From Methanobacteriota archaeon (GTDB lineage: Archaea > Halobacteriota > Bog-38 > Methanoflorentales > Methanoflorentaceae), in NCBI GenBank assembly GCA_963719035.1, contig CAVRAO010000008.1, forward strand, positions 224,001 to 288,000: DNA of 64,000 nucleotides, written 5' to 3'. Below, piece by piece: positions 9,411 through 20,193 of the stretch. The position numbers were made by a program, and so were the translations under genes. The notes under the pieces are model-generated. The model worked only from the letters and a program-made list of their open reading frames with translations, had not been told where the DNA came from and made no database searches. Every line of letters begins with the position of its first letter. Position 1 is the stretch's first letter.

Positions 9411-10316
9411 GACGCCGATATACACCCATTGGTCGTAAATGCTGGTGTCGTCTTGGTTGTCTACTATCTGGCCTTTGATGCCTAAACCTTTCATTGTTTT
9501 GTCAATGAAATCAATTTCCTCTTTCTTGTGAACAGTGAACAGAAAAAGCCCTTCATTGACGATCGCCGCCGCTTCCGACAGTATTTTTTGCCAATCAGTT
9601 TTGTTAAACTCGTAGATAGCCCCCAACATAAAGCCGACTACGGATCTAAACTCGTGGTACTGAGCGAAATCATATTCTGAGAGATAACGGGCGTCCAACA
9701 CGGCCGTATTTTCTTTTCGCAGAGCGCCATGGAATAACCCCTCACAAATGGCGCATTTGTCGTTATCTAAAGCATAAACGTTGTATCCAAGATCGTAGAG
9801 CGCAGCGGTACCCATGCCATTTCCACAGCATATCTCGAGCATCTCTGCAGCGCCTAGATCAAAAAGAAGCTCAATTTTCGTCTTAAATAGCAATTGTAAG
9901 CGTTCATGACGCTCTGATGAGTATGCCAGTATACGCGAACGTCTACCGTCAGGACAGTCGCAAGATTCACCGCTTACCAGCAAATCGCACAAAAGCGTGA
10001 CTATAGCTCGATGAAAGTCAGCCGCCTCGACCATATAGGACTGTTTTTTATTGCATTTGGCCTCCTGAAGTAGCGCTTCGGCATAGCTTTCGAATTCAGG
10101 ATCAAACCTGACGATATCAGTTACGAGCGTCCAAAAGTCCTGCTTAAAGGCGACTCCACGAATTCGATCGTCGCAGATAAACGCTGTAGTTGCGTCAAGC
10201 GCCGAATCAAGCATCTCTGCAAGGAGATACTTCGAAAATGTGGTGTCTTTCAAGCCAGCGTACGTATTGTCAACGAGCAAGACGCTTGTAGTATTGAGCA
10301 CATGCTTCAGATCCAT
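9369..10316 (-). CDS. Putative class I SAM-dependent methyltransferase
   Basis: LEICCGNGMGT motif I followed by ALDND; ATG at 10316 follows the pyrD stop. Confidence 0.7.
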   Translation of the reverse strand: MDLKHVLNTTSVLLVDNTYAGLKDTTFSKYLLAEMLDSALDATTAFICDDRIRGVAFKQDFWTLVTDIVRFDPEFESYAEALLQEAKCNKKQSYMVEAADFHRAIVTLLCDLLVSGESCDCPDGRRSRILAYSSERHERLQLLFKTKIELLFDLGAAEMLEICCGNGMGTAALYDLGYNVYALDNDKCAICEGLFHGALRKENTAVLDARYLSEYDFAQYHEFRSVVGFMLGAIYEFNKTDWQKILSEAAAIVNEGLFLFTVHKKEEIDFIDKTMKGLGIKGQIVDNQDDTSIYDQWVYIGVKESTVPGVQLNRD

Positions 10317-10317
10317 G

Positions 10318-11226
10318 TCAGTAACTCTTGTGTGCGATTCCGATTGCGTCTTCAAGTGTTAAACCCTTCGTGGACAGGTAACGGTCTATTCCGACTGCGA
10401 CGTGCTCAAATACCAACAGATCTCTGGCGACCGCCGACCCGATCTGAACGGCCCTAGCTCCTGCCATAATGAATTCTAATGCATCTTCGTAATTGCGAAT
10501 CCCGCCGACACCGATTACGGGGATGGTAAGGGCGCTGTATAAGTCATAAACGCATTTCACCGCGATAGGCTTTATCGCGCTTCCTGACAGCCCGCCAAAC
10601 ACGTTGCCTAAAACTGGCGTCGCGCTCTCGACATCAATCGCCATAGCCTTGACCGTATTAATAGCCACTACCGCATCGGCTCCGCCTTTTTCTGCTGCTT
10701 TGCCAAGTGCCGTGATATCGGTCACGTTAGGCGTGAGCTTGACCCATATCGGAATGTCAACGTGTGTGCTCACGGAATTAGTAATCGCTTCAACCGCCGC
10801 AGGCTCTGATCCGACTTCGATTCCGTAACCCTGAGCATGAGGACAGCTCAAATTGAGTTCTATCGCGTCGGCGTAATGGTAGAACTTTTCGGCCAGCTCC
10901 ACAAAGTCGTCGGCACAGTCGCCAAATATGCTTACGATTATCGGCGTTCGCTCCTCTTCAGTGCTCAGCGTCTCAAGTTCGTCCAAAAACGCAAGGCCCA
11001 TATTGGGTAGTCCCAGTGCGTTGAGGTACCCACCCGGAACCTCAGCGATTACCGGTCCTAGGTGACCTTCGCGTGACAGAAGTCCAATAGACTTAGTAAC
11101 AACGGCACCTGCCCCACACGACATGATCCGCCTTAGAGAAGATGCGGCGGATCCCATGATCCCAGCTGCGAGCATAGTTGGATTGTTGAGCGTTATTTTG
11201 CCGATTTCGATATTCAATTCTATCAC
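10318..11226 (-). CDS. pyrD: Dihydroorotate dehydrogenase (family 1B catalytic subunit)
   Basis: VTKS, ELNLSCPH, KLTPN, INT, GGLSG. Confidence 0.95.
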   Translation of the reverse strand: MIELNIEIGKITLNNPTMLAAGIMGSAASSLRRIMSCGAGAVVTKSIGLLSREGHLGPVIAEVPGGYLNALGLPNMGLAFLDELETLSTEEERTPIIVSIFGDCADDFVELAEKFYHYADAIELNLSCPHAQGYGIEVGSEPAAVEAITNSVSTHVDIPIWVKLTPNVTDITALGKAAEKGGADAVVAINTVKAMAIDVESATPVLGNVFGGLSGSAIKPIAVKCVYDLYSALTIPVIGVGGIRNYEDALEFIMAGARAVQIGSAVARDLLVFEHVAVGIDRYLSTKGLTLEDAIGIAHKSY

Positions 11227-11339
11227 AGCCAGCCGATAATCTATTATTCTGCCTCAAGATATATAGGATATCTATCAACAAGCTAAAGAGGCATCACTGT
11301 TCTTCGTTAGGAATAGCGACATCAATAGCCAAATAGGGT

Positions 11340-12227
11340 ATGACAATCCTCAAAACTTGGTTCGGAGAGGTCGAGCTGCACAATGACGCGATCGTTCGTT
11401 CAAACGTCTTGAAAGCGGACGTCGTCGCGATGGCATTGCAGCTTCAGAGAGGAGAATTTGCCGATTTTGAAAAGCATGCCAGGGGCCGTCTCAGGGAGAT
11501 GGCGATTCAACTCCAATTGGTCACGTCGGAGCACGACTACATTTCGCTCCTACGCACCGTTGCGATACAGCGTGCGAAAGAGCAGATAACCGCCGCGTTT
11601 GCTCGCCCAGACGCACGAATTATACAGCTAATCGGTGGAATCGATGATATCGACGAGTCGATAAACTTGCTCTCGGAACGCCTTTTGGAGTGGGATGTCC
11701 TCGAATTTGAAATATCGAGACCCGGGGACTTAACAGAAACTGACGCCTCCCCGGCAACCACATACCTGACGCTTAAGCACGAGTTTGTCAAATCCATCGA
11801 GCGACTAAGCGAACTGAGGAGGAAAATTGCCGGTGCCATTAAACTTGAGATGCGCGACATCGCTCCTAATCTCTGTTCTCTCGCTGGTGAACTTCTCGGC
11901 GCACGACTGATCGCTCGAGCCGGCGGATTAGAATCACTCGCGAGAATGCCAGCGAGCAAGATTCAAGTGATGGGTGCGTCTAAGGCGCTGTTCAAACATC
12001 TCCAGTATGGCGCAAAACCGCCTAAGCATGGACTCATATTTCAACATCCGTTGGTCCGCGGCAGTCCCTTAGACAAAAGAGGGAAGATTGCAAGGACAAT
12101 GGCCGCAAAACTAGCTATCGCCGCTCGCCTAGATTTTTATTCAAAAAAAGAGTATCCAGAACTTTTAGCTCAATTGGAAAAACGAGCAAGCGAGATTAAT
12201 AAGCCCACGATACACGACCAGACATGA
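11340..12227 (+). CDS. nop5: Box C/D RNP protein Nop5
   Basis: APNL, GARLI, PASKIQVMGA, PKHGLIF, RGKIAR. Confidence 0.93.
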   Translation: MTILKTWFGEVELHNDAIVRSNVLKADVVAMALQLQRGEFADFEKHARGRLREMAIQLQLVTSEHDYISLLRTVAIQRAKEQITAAFARPDARIIQLIGGIDDIDESINLLSERLLEWDVLEFEISRPGDLTETDASPATTYLTLKHEFVKSIERLSELRRKIAGAIKLEMRDIAPNLCSLAGELLGARLIARAGGLESLARMPASKIQVMGASKALFKHLQYGAKPPKHGLIFQHPLVRGSPLDKRGKIARTMAAKLAIAARLDFYSKKEYPELLAQLEKRASEINKPTIHDQT

Positions 12228-12850
12228 CGATAAGGGCCCACAAAGTTGCCGGAGTTTTTTTATTGAACTCGCATCTCGCCACGAAAGGTGAGGCTCTCTA
12301 TGGCGAGAAGATGTTTGGAGAATATCGGCTGTGGAATCCGCAAAGGAGTAAGCTAGCGGCATTATTGAAGAAAGAGGAGAATGTGCCGCTGAGACCGGAC
12401 CAGATTGTACTATACCTGGGGGCCGCGTCTGGTACGACGGTGTCATACATGGCCAACATCGTTTCACTCGTCTATGCCGTAGAGTTTGCGCCGCGTGTCG
12501 CTCGGGACCTTGTTCGCTTGTCAGAGCGCGTGAAAAATGTCGTGCCCTTAGTAGCTGATGCGCTCCAGCCTGACTACGGACACATTGTCGAACTGGTAGA
12601 TTTCCTATACCAAGATATTGCACAGCCGAGACAAGCTGAAATCGCTATTACCAACGCTGAAATGTTCTTGAAGACAGGCGGGTACGCTTGCATTATGATA
12701 AAAGCACGAAGCATAGACGTCACTGCAAAACCGAAGGCAGTGTATAAAGGAGAAGTGAAGAAACTTGAAGAGCTGCTGGACATTATGTGCGTACACGAGC
12801 TTGATCCGTTTTATAAGGCACACGCAGCAGTCATTGCTCGCTTGGCTTAG
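12224..12850 (+). CDS. flpA: Fibrillarin-like 2'-O-methyltransferase
   Basis: WNP.RSKLAA, LYLGAASGTT, QDIAQ, KARSID. Confidence 0.95.
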   Translation: MTIRAHKVAGVFLLNSHLATKGEALYGEKMFGEYRLWNPQRSKLAALLKKEENVPLRPDQIVLYLGAASGTTVSYMANIVSLVYAVEFAPRVARDLVRLSERVKNVVPLVADALQPDYGHIVELVDFLYQDIAQPRQAEIAITNAEMFLKTGGYACIMIKARSIDVTAKPKAVYKGEVKKLEELLDIMCVHELDPFYKAHAAVIARLA

Positions 12851-12984
12851 GTGACGCATAAGCAATTGATAACAAATCAGGTCTTTTTTTGCGGTGCCGT
12901 TAGTTTTTACGCCTTGCTCTAACCCAGCAAAACTTTTTAATGAAGCACGTGTATGCTAGATACAGCTGACATAAAGAGGATAGA

Positions 12985-13506
12985 ATGGCACGCAAACCAG
13001 CTAAGATGTACAGGAAGATTACAGGGCCCGCCTACACGAGGAAGTATTACATGGGGGGAATCCCTGGTAGCAGGATATCACAGTACGATACGGGCAACCT
13101 CAGTGGCGATTTTAAAGTGGCGGTATCGCTCACCGCTGACGAAGAATGCCAAATAAGACATACTGCTCTGGAAGCGGCCAGAATTGCCGCTAACCGGTAC
13201 CTGATGAAATCAACGGGTAGGTTGAATTTTAGACTTAAGCTGCGGCTGTACCCGCACCATGTGCTGCGAGAAAACAAGATGGCCACCGGTGCTGGCGCTG
13301 ATCGGGTTCAAGATGGAATGAGGGGAGCGTTCGGTAAGGCGGTAGGAACTGCCGCGCGTGTTCGCACTGACCAAAGAGTATTTACCGTGTACGTAAACCC
13401 GCTCAACTTCTTGAAAGCCAAAGAAGCGTTGCGCCGCGCTTCGATGAAAGTCCCGCCACCGTGCAGAATCGTCGTAGACGAAGGGCGTGAGCTAGTCAAG
13501 GTGTAA
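12985..13506 (+). CDS. rpl10e: 50S ribosomal protein L10e (uL16)
   Basis: [22 protein letters not shown]. Confidence 0.97.
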   Translation: MARKPAKMYRKITGPAYTRKYYMGGIPGSRISQYDTGNLSGDFKVAVSLTADEECQIRHTALEAARIAANRYLMKSTGRLNFRLKLRLYPHHVLRENKMATGAGADRVQDGMRGAFGKAVGTAARVRTDQRVFTVYVNPLNFLKAKEALRRASMKVPPPCRIVVDEGRELVKV

Positions 13507-13555
13507 AGCTAAGCCACGGCCTCATTTCTTTCAATATGGTGCGAACAGCGAGAAG

Positions 13556-14179
13556 GTGAGTAGTACGGATAGTTATGAAAATTACTTGAACCGGGGAATG
13601 AAAAACCTACCTCAGACCACGGTAGACGCCGAGCGTTTTACGATACCTGTGCCCCGCGTGTTTATTGAAGGGCGAATGACTGTTTTTGAGAATTTCGGCG
13701 AGATCACCGACGTGCTGAATAGAAACCCCGAGCACCTGCTTAAGTTTCTCTTGCGAGAGCTTGCGACCGCTGGCAAAGTCGAGGGGGGGCGGGTCATTTT
13801 TCAAGGCAGATTCTCGCAGGAAATGATAGCCGGCATCATCGAGGACTACGTCTCCGAGTATGTCATCTGCTCAGAGTGCAACAGACCGGACACACATTTA
13901 ACGAAAAGTGATAGAACGGTCATGTTGAAATGCGACGCTTGTGGAGCCCACAGACCTATACGGAAACGCTACGTGAAGAAAGAGAGCGCGGCGAGTGCGC
14001 TTGAAGAGGGGAGTATCTACGAAGTACGCATCGAAGCAGTGGGCAAACGAGGCGATGGCATCGCCAAGATCGGCAAATACTCGCTGTTCGTTCCTGGCGC
14101 TCAGAAGGGGGATACCGTAAAGGTCCGCGTCAAAAAGATCTCAGGCACCCTCGCGTTTACCGAAAAAGTGCTGAGCTGA
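13556..14179 (+). CDS. eif2b: Translation initiation factor 2 beta with C-terminal TRAM domain
   Basis: C..C.RPDT and C.ACGA zinc ribbon; GKRGDGIAK TRAM. Confidence 0.93.
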   Translation: MSSTDSYENYLNRGMKNLPQTTVDAERFTIPVPRVFIEGRMTVFENFGEITDVLNRNPEHLLKFLLRELATAGKVEGGRVIFQGRFSQEMIAGIIEDYVSEYVICSECNRPDTHLTKSDRTVMLKCDACGAHRPIRKRYVKKESAASALEEGSIYEVRIEAVGKRGDGIAKIGKYSLFVPGAQKGDTVKVRVKKISGTLAFTEKVLS

Positions 14180-14197
14180 CACAGTCCGGAGACGACT

Positions 14198-14785
14198 ATG
14201 CGGCAGTTCATTGTAGTTGGACATAAAGCCGCCACGTCGGGAGATTTTACGCTTGATGATATGCCGGGCTCGGCAGGCCGTATTGATATATTGGCGCGCT
14301 GCGTTACCGCTGCATTTGTCACGTCGTTTGATATACGCCATGACACCCAAGTGTGCCTTGTACTGTTGGGGGAACCCGATCCGCCGAAGCTTATACGTTT
14401 TGAGGGCGCTGAATTGAGATACCTCAATCCTGACGAAAGGAGTGCTGGCGCGCTCATTAGGAAAGCCCTCCAAGTGAGGCTAGGCACGGGACCGCGACCG
14501 TCGACGCAGGGAGTTTACGTTGAGCGCGCCGGCCTCGTCGAAGCACTGCGTAACAGCGACGCATCTGTCCTTTTTTACCTTCACGAACACGGCAAAGACA
14601 TTCGAGGCGTGGATCTGCACGCAAACAACGTTGCTTTCATACTCGGAGATCATCTAGGCCTTTTTGAAGAGGAAGAGGCACAGCTCGGTGAAGCGCAAAC
14701 GATACGAGTCGGGCCAACTAAGCTCCACACAGATCAGTGCATAACGCTAATACACAACGAATTGGACAGATTATGTTCGACATAG
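14198..14785 (+). CDS. trmY: tRNA (pseudouridine54-N1)-methyltransferase
   Basis: AGRIDIL.RC, PDERS, FILGDH. Confidence 0.93.
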   Translation: MRQFIVVGHKAATSGDFTLDDMPGSAGRIDILARCVTAAFVTSFDIRHDTQVCLVLLGEPDPPKLIRFEGAELRYLNPDERSAGALIRKALQVRLGTGPRPSTQGVYVERAGLVEALRNSDASVLFYLHEHGKDIRGVDLHANNVAFILGDHLGLFEEEEAQLGEAQTIRVGPTKLHTDQCITLIHNELDRLCST

Positions 14786-15984
14786 TCGCCTCGATAATGG
14801 GGGAAGGACCCATTTGCGCTGACTGTCTCGGGCGACAGTTTGCAGAGCGCTCCACGCAACTTACGAACAAACAACGGGGGCAGGCAATCCGCGTTGTTGC
14901 GGCAATGCTGAATAACACACCAGTCAACGCTGAAGAATGGGAAGCTGCAGACGACGGCTGCTGGGTTTGCGGAGGTCTGTTTGGGCGTCTCGATTCGTGG
15001 GTTGACCGCTGCCTTGAGCAGCTCCAAGACTACGAGTTCTCCACTTTTCTCGTGGGCACCAAACTGTCTGGCAGGTTGGCCGAAAATGAGGAGATCTTAT
15101 GGGCTGAATCCAAAACAACGGCAGCAGAACCACTTAAATCTGCCTTAAACAGAGAATTGGGAAAGCGGATCGAGGTTCTCACTGGCAAAAGGGCCGAATT
15201 CAGCAAGCCAGAGATCCTGCTCATCGTCGACTTGGCACGAGACAAGATTGAACTCCACGTTAATCCGCTATTCCTGTATGGGCGGTATAAAAAGTTCGTA
15301 CGGGGCATCCCGCAGACGAGATGGCCATGCCGCGATTGTGGCGGAAAAGGCTGTCCAAAGTGCAACCTAACGGGTAAAACATACCAGGAATCTGTTCAGG
15401 AACTCATTGGGACTTACGTTCTTGACGTAAGCTTCGGAAAGGACGTCGTTCTTCACGGGGCTGGCAGAGAAGATATTGACGCGCTCATGCTTGGAAACGG
15501 CCGGCCATTTGTCTTGGAGGTGAGGTCTCCCCGTAAGAGACAAATAGACCTACAACAGCTAGAACACGCTGTCAACTCATCTCAGGAAAAAGTTGCCGTT
15601 AGCGAGCTCGCATTTGTCGACCACGAAACGGTTGTAAAAGTGAAGAACACGCGGTCGGATAAAGTTTATAGGCTTAAAGTGACATACGACCATCCGATCC
15701 AACCGGAGAAGCTACAAAAAGCCTTGCTGCAACTTGAAGGCGATGTTGAACAAACCACGCCTCAAAGAGTGGTTCATCGTCGTGCAGAGTTAAAAAGGAT
15801 CAAAAAAGTATATTCCGCTGAACTGAGAGGGGAGGATATAGTCATTCGGTGTGAGGGTGGGCTTTACGTAAAGGAATTGATATCTGGTGACGACAAACGC
15901 ACCACCCCAAGCCTTTCAGCCCTTTTAGGCGTAAATGCAAAAGTTGAAGAGCTTGATGTTCTGGAAGTTAGAGGGGGTCTCTAA
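14773..15984 (+). CDS. pus10: tRNA pseudouridine(54/55) synthase Pus10
   Basis: [31 protein letters not shown]. Confidence 0.95.
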   Translation: MFDIVASIMGEGPICADCLGRQFAERSTQLTNKQRGQAIRVVAAMLNNTPVNAEEWEAADDGCWVCGGLFGRLDSWVDRCLEQLQDYEFSTFLVGTKLSGRLAENEEILWAESKTTAAEPLKSALNRELGKRIEVLTGKRAEFSKPEILLIVDLARDKIELHVNPLFLYGRYKKFVRGIPQTRWPCRDCGGKGCPKCNLTGKTYQESVQELIGTYVLDVSFGKDVVLHGAGREDIDALMLGNGRPFVLEVRSPRKRQIDLQQLEHAVNSSQEKVAVSELAFVDHETVVKVKNTRSDKVYRLKVTYDHPIQPEKLQKALLQLEGDVEQTTPQRVVHRRAELKRIKKVYSAELRGEDIVIRCEGGLYVKELISGDDKRTTPSLSALLGVNAKVEELDVLEVRGGL

Positions 15985-16283
15985 TGCCAAGGTCACATGG
16001 TGAGCGAAGAAAGACGCGATACAAACTGAAGAAGAGCATACGTGAACGGGGTATCGCTCCTGTTAGTCACGCAATACGGAGCTTTGAATCTGGACAGAGA
16101 GTTCATATCGACCTCGACCCAAGCGTCCACAAAGGGATGCCCAATCCAAAATTCCATGGAAGGACTGGTACAGTAGTGGAGCAACGTGGCAACGCCTACG
16201 TGGTGAAAGTGACTGACGGCAACGCAGTTAAAACGATAATTGCTCGTCCACAGCATTTGAAAGTGCAGAAGCAGATATTATGA
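15984..16283 (+). CDS. rpl21e: 50S ribosomal protein L21e
   Basis: [19 protein letters not shown]. Confidence 0.96.
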   Translation: MPRSHGERRKTRYKLKKSIRERGIAPVSHAIRSFESGQRVHIDLDPSVHKGMPNPKFHGRTGTVVEQRGNAYVVKVTDGNAVKTIIARPQHLKVQKQIL

Positions 16284-16624
16284 TCGTAAAGACCGTTTTG
16301 GAGGAGGAGGGGCTAACGCTTTCTGAGGTCAAAGAGATTTTCGTTGAACTAACGACCCCCCGTTCTGAAGAAGAGTTCACGTATGAATTTAGACGAGCGC
16401 TAGACCACGTCAATACTTTCGCAAAACTCACGGCTTCACAATCGAGGCAACTCGTTGACGAGCTAAAGGGCCTTGAAAAGATGAAAGCGGAGATCGCAAT
16501 TCGAATTGCCGATATCATACCGCTTTCTAAAGATGAGGTACGGTCTATTTACGCAAAAGAACGGTTCTCGCTTACAGAGGCAGAACTCGACGAAATACTC
16601 GATATTATCGCACGCTTTTATTAA
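16280..16624 (+). CDS. rpoF: RNA polymerase subunit F (Rpo4)
   Basis: [18 protein letters not shown]; conserved position after rpl21e. Confidence 0.92.
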   Translation: MIVKTVLEEEGLTLSEVKEIFVELTTPRSEEEFTYEFRRALDHVNTFAKLTASQSRQLVDELKGLEKMKAEIAIRIADIIPLSKDEVRSIYAKERFSLTEAELDEILDIIARFY

Positions 16625-16641
16625 GGTGTGAGGCGAGGAAG

Positions 16642-17199
16642 ATGAGAGGGGAGAGGGAGCAATATGTCCGCGTTTTAGACTACTTACCGCACGGGCACCC
16701 TGACGATCCTCATCCAGTTTATAAGAAGAAACCAATTGTGCACGTCGTTGGTGAGGGCAACTTTACACTCCTCGAACTCGTACCCTGTGAGGGTTTCTTT
16801 CCGCAATCTTATGACCGCCTTTATATCGGGGAAGAGGACCGAAGCGAGATTGATCACGTCAAAAGGCGAGTGAGCTACAAAGAGCTCACACACGGCGCGA
16901 AAGTGGAATTGCCGTACACGCTTGAGATGATAGTTAAAGAGCAAGAGCCAAGGTTCGTGGATTTCTTCAATGAAGCGCAGCCTATAACAACGCGTCTACA
17001 CACCATAGCGCTTCTCCCAGGTGTAGGTAAGAAGCTCATGTGGCAGATTCTCTCGGAACGCAAAAAAAGGCCCTTCGATAGTTTCGAAGATATCTCGCAT
17101 AGAATCAAAGGATTATATCACCCTGAAAAAGTAATCGCGAAAAGAATAGAAGAAGAACTTAAAGACGAACACGCTAAATATAAGTTTTTTGCGAAATAA
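16642..17199 (+). CDS. DUF655 family putative RNA-binding protein
   Basis: LDYLPHG, FTLLE, ITTRLH..LLPGVGKK. Confidence 0.9.
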   Translation: MRGEREQYVRVLDYLPHGHPDDPHPVYKKKPIVHVVGEGNFTLLELVPCEGFFPQSYDRLYIGEEDRSEIDHVKRRVSYKELTHGAKVELPYTLEMIVKEQEPRFVDFFNEAQPITTRLHTIALLPGVGKKLMWQILSERKKRPFDSFEDISHRIKGLYHPEKVIAKRIEEELKDEHAKYKFFAK

Positions 17200-17226
17200 C
17201 GATAGGCGCGACGGCTCAAACATTCA

Positions 17227-18042
17227 ATGCCCCGTGAAGTCGATAGGAAAAATCATAAGGCTAAATGGGGTCAGCACTTCTTAGTAGATGATCTGATTAT
17301 TGAAAGGATACTCAGCTATGCTGACATTCAGCCAACTGAAACGATCTTAGAAATTGGTGGAGGTACCGGAAACTTAACCAGGAAGCTCGCAAGAAAATGC
17401 CGAAAACTTTCGGTCATTGAAGCAGATTGGCGCCTAGTTGAGCGGCTTCGTACAATTCCGGGCGTCGAAGTCCTTCATGGCGACGCTCTGAGGCTAGAGT
17501 TTCCACCGTTTGACAAGACGGTCTCAAACTTACCATATCAGATATCGTCTCAAGTTACTTTCAAACTACTGGAGCATCCGTTCGTATGCGGAGTTCTGAT
17601 GTACCAAAAAGAGTTTGCAGAACGAATGGTGGCAGTGCCCGGCACAAAGAATTACAGCCGCCTTACTGTTTGCCTAAGTTACAAGTCACAAGTTGAAGTA
17701 TTGGAGCACGTCCCGAGCACCGCATTCATTCCGCGACCACGGGTCGATTCAGCTATCGTCAAACTGACCCCAGTGAGACCACAATTTGACGTGCTTGATG
17801 AGATTTTCTTCCACGCCTTCGTTCGCGCGCTTTTTACGCAGAGACGTAAACGGCTTAAAGCTGCACTCGTTATAGCAGCACGGCTGCTAAACGTGCAAGC
17901 CGTGGACCAACTTATCGCTAAGCTTCCGCAACGTTGTCTACAGCTACGGCCGTATGAACTACCTCCCGAAAAAATTGCAGCGTTGTCGGATGATTTTTTT
18001 AACATTGAGCCAACTATAAAAAAAGGAACCAAAACCACATAG
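17227..18042 (+). CDS. rsmA: 16S rRNA adenine dimethyltransferase
   Basis: GQHFL, LEIGGGTG, SNLPYQIS. Confidence 0.95.
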   Translation: MPREVDRKNHKAKWGQHFLVDDLIIERILSYADIQPTETILEIGGGTGNLTRKLARKCRKLSVIEADWRLVERLRTIPGVEVLHGDALRLEFPPFDKTVSNLPYQISSQVTFKLLEHPFVCGVLMYQKEFAERMVAVPGTKNYSRLTVCLSYKSQVEVLEHVPSTAFIPRPRVDSAIVKLTPVRPQFDVLDEIFFHAFVRALFTQRRKRLKAALVIAARLLNVQAVDQLIAKLPQRCLQLRPYELPPEKIAALSDDFFNIEPTIKKGTKTT

Positions 18043-18064
18043 TCTGTGGGTCACGATTGGAGCT

Positions 18065-18688
18065 ATGGTTTTAGATACCCACTCAACAGCCAAAAGGATA
18101 GGCTACCGTGGAGAACAATTAGAGTTGCTGGCGAACGTGTATGAACCGTGTGACGATACGTTTCTACTCGCCGACGTCGCGCTCGACGTGGTGCGTCCCA
18201 CTGACTCGGTCTTGGAAGTAGGCACTGGCTGCGGGCTAATCGCCAAAGTTGTGGCAGGTTTAGCTCATAGCGTGATAGCGACTGACATAAATCCACAAGC
18301 TGTCGAAAATGCCACTTTAAACGGCGTTGAAGCAATTCAGGGCGATCTTTTTTGCAACCTCAATCGTCGATTTGATTTGATCATCTTTAATCCGCCTTAC
18401 CTCCCCACAGATACCAATGTGCCGTGTAACTGGCTAACCCGGGCCTGGGATGGTGGCCCCACAGGTCGGGAGGTAATAATGCGTTTTCTCACACAAGTTA
18501 ACAGACACTTAACCAACCGAGGGAGCGTGCTTATAACGATCTCATCGCTCACAGGTTACCGAGAAGTCACGGAGAGAATGAAAGCGCAGTTTGAGATTGT
18601 GAGAAGTCTTGCTGATCGCAAGGTCTTTTTTGAGACGCTGTATATACTCCTAGGCGCTAAATTACGAACGTTGCCAGAGCAAGAATAA
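18065..18688 (+). CDS. HemK2/MTQ2-family protein methyltransferase
   Basis: VYEP.DDT, LEVGTGCG, FNPPY, DGG..GR. Confidence 0.9.
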   Translation: MVLDTHSTAKRIGYRGEQLELLANVYEPCDDTFLLADVALDVVRPTDSVLEVGTGCGLIAKVVAGLAHSVIATDINPQAVENATLNGVEAIQGDLFCNLNRRFDLIIFNPPYLPTDTNVPCNWLTRAWDGGPTGREVIMRFLTQVNRHLTNRGSVLITISSLTGYREVTERMKAQFEIVRSLADRKVFFETLYILLGAKLRTLPEQE

Positions 18689-18703
18689 ACTGTCAATACT
18701 TAC

Positions 18704-19243
18704 TCAAAAAGGGTTTAGAAACTTAGATAACAGAATTTCATCGACGTAGGTGCTGTCGTTCAATCGTCCTTTCTTTAGTCTTCTCCCCTCATAGTCATAA
18801 TCCAAGGACTTATACAGTGCCGCTGCCGGGTTTCCATCGTAAAAATTAACCTCGATTTTCTTAATGCCCTGATCGCGAGCGATCTGCTCCAGTGCAGCAA
18901 TCAGCTGTTTGCCAAGACCTTTTCGCTGAAAATCAGGGTGAACTGCAACACCAAAAGAAGCGACGTGAGAGGATCGTGACTGAGGTTCGTTTAAGTTCAG
19001 AGTCGCAGAACCTATGATTTTGTCTTTGTGGAGACTAAGCACCGTAACCTTGTTTCTGTCGAGGTTGTCCAGCCACTGTGCCTTGTTGTCGATGAGATCC
19101 TCCAACTTATATTGCTTAGCAAGAAACTTATCGACTTTGCATAGCCACGCGTATAGGTATTCATACCTCCCACAGTCGTAATCATCCTCACGCGCGACTT
19201 TTAGGTCAACAATGGTCCCATCATCAAGTGTGACGTGTCTCAT
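18704..19243 (-). CDS. GNAT family N-acetyltransferase
   Basis: VHPDFQRKGLGKQL acetyl-CoA motif; N..A.LYKSL. Confidence 0.85.
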   Translation of the reverse strand: MRHVTLDDGTIVDLKVAREDDYDCGRYEYLYAWLCKVDKFLAKQYKLEDLIDNKAQWLDNLDRNKVTVLSLHKDKIIGSATLNLNEPQSRSSHVASFGVAVHPDFQRKGLGKQLIAALEQIARDQGIKKIEVNFYDGNPAAALYKSLDYDYEGRRLKKGRLNDSTYVDEILLSKFLNPF

Positions 19244-19259
19244 CGATCTGATTTAGCAA

Positions 19260-19544
19260 TCAGGCAAGCCACTCAGATTGCAGCCTCACAAGTCCCAGCA
19301 GCGTTTCAAACTCGTCTTTTAACCTTAATGAAGCATCCCTCAGCGCTTTCAACGGATCCTTGGATTCGGTTTTTATATAGAATATTGGATTGCTTATCAT
19401 CGGGTGCTTTATATCGTAAGTAGCACTTTCGACGTGCGGGTCTTGAAGGAGCGAGTGTTTTAAGACGTTCAAGAATGTATGGCCCTGATCAAGAAATTCT
19501 ATCTCAGCTTCGTCCTTTGTGACGCGAATAATCTTGAGATTCAT
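19260..19544 (-). CDS. rpoL: RNA polymerase subunit L (Rpo11)
   Basis: GHTFLNVLK, A.YDIKHP. Confidence 0.93.
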   Translation of the reverse strand: MNLKIIRVTKDEAEIEFLDQGHTFLNVLKHSLLQDPHVESATYDIKHPMISNPIFYIKTESKDPLKALRDASLRLKDEFETLLGLVRLQSEWLA

Positions 19545-19594
19545 TGTAAAAAGCCCTGTCAAAGAATGCGTACCGCAAAAACAGTCATCGATGT

Positions 19595-20152
19595 TTAGAT
19601 TATGCCCGTTCCATAGTCTTCTGAGATCTTACGCGTTTCGATCCGTTCACAACTCGGACATTCAAGCTTGTGTTGCTTCCGCACGAGCGGCGTTCGACAT
19701 CTCGCACAGAGCGCCTTAACCACGCCTAGATCCTTTTCAACAGTGCTCAACCTTAAACTCTTTTCGTCTATTACTCTCGCCTTTATGATATCCTGTTGGT
19801 TAAATTCCGTATCAAGTTTTGCAACGTAAGAATCCTTAACGTTTGAAATATGAATAGCACCTTGATCTGCGTTCGCAATTTCGCGGTTTTCTTGGCCTTT
19901 TATTCGAGCAATATCGACAAGGACGACAGCGTTCTTGAGGTCGACGACACGCCCGACCACAATGTCTCCCACTTTTAAGACCGGCGGGGTCTTCATCACA
20001 GGCAGCACCCGAACTGTTCTGTCTTCCTTGTTGATTTCAACTTTCCCTGTTATTGCAGCGAATATCTTGCCTCTTTCTTCATAAGTCCCTTCTTCTGCCA
20101 AGTATTCCTCTGAGGCACCTATAAGGTCCCCTGGAACGACTATATCGGTCAT
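19595..20152 (-). CDS. csl4: Exosome RNA-binding subunit Csl4
   Basis: VVPGD, S1 domain, LGVVKA.C..C and C..C..ETRKIS. Confidence 0.93.
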   Translation of the reverse strand: MTDIVVPGDLIGASEEYLAEEGTYEERGKIFAAITGKVEINKEDRTVRVLPVMKTPPVLKVGDIVVGRVVDLKNAVVLVDIARIKGQENREIANADQGAIHISNVKDSYVAKLDTEFNQQDIIKARVIDEKSLRLSTVEKDLGVVKALCARCRTPLVRKQHKLECPSCERIETRKISEDYGTGII

Positions 20153-20193
20153 TTCTTACCCTTTCCTTCCTGTCCCAGATTCAAATAAGTAAA

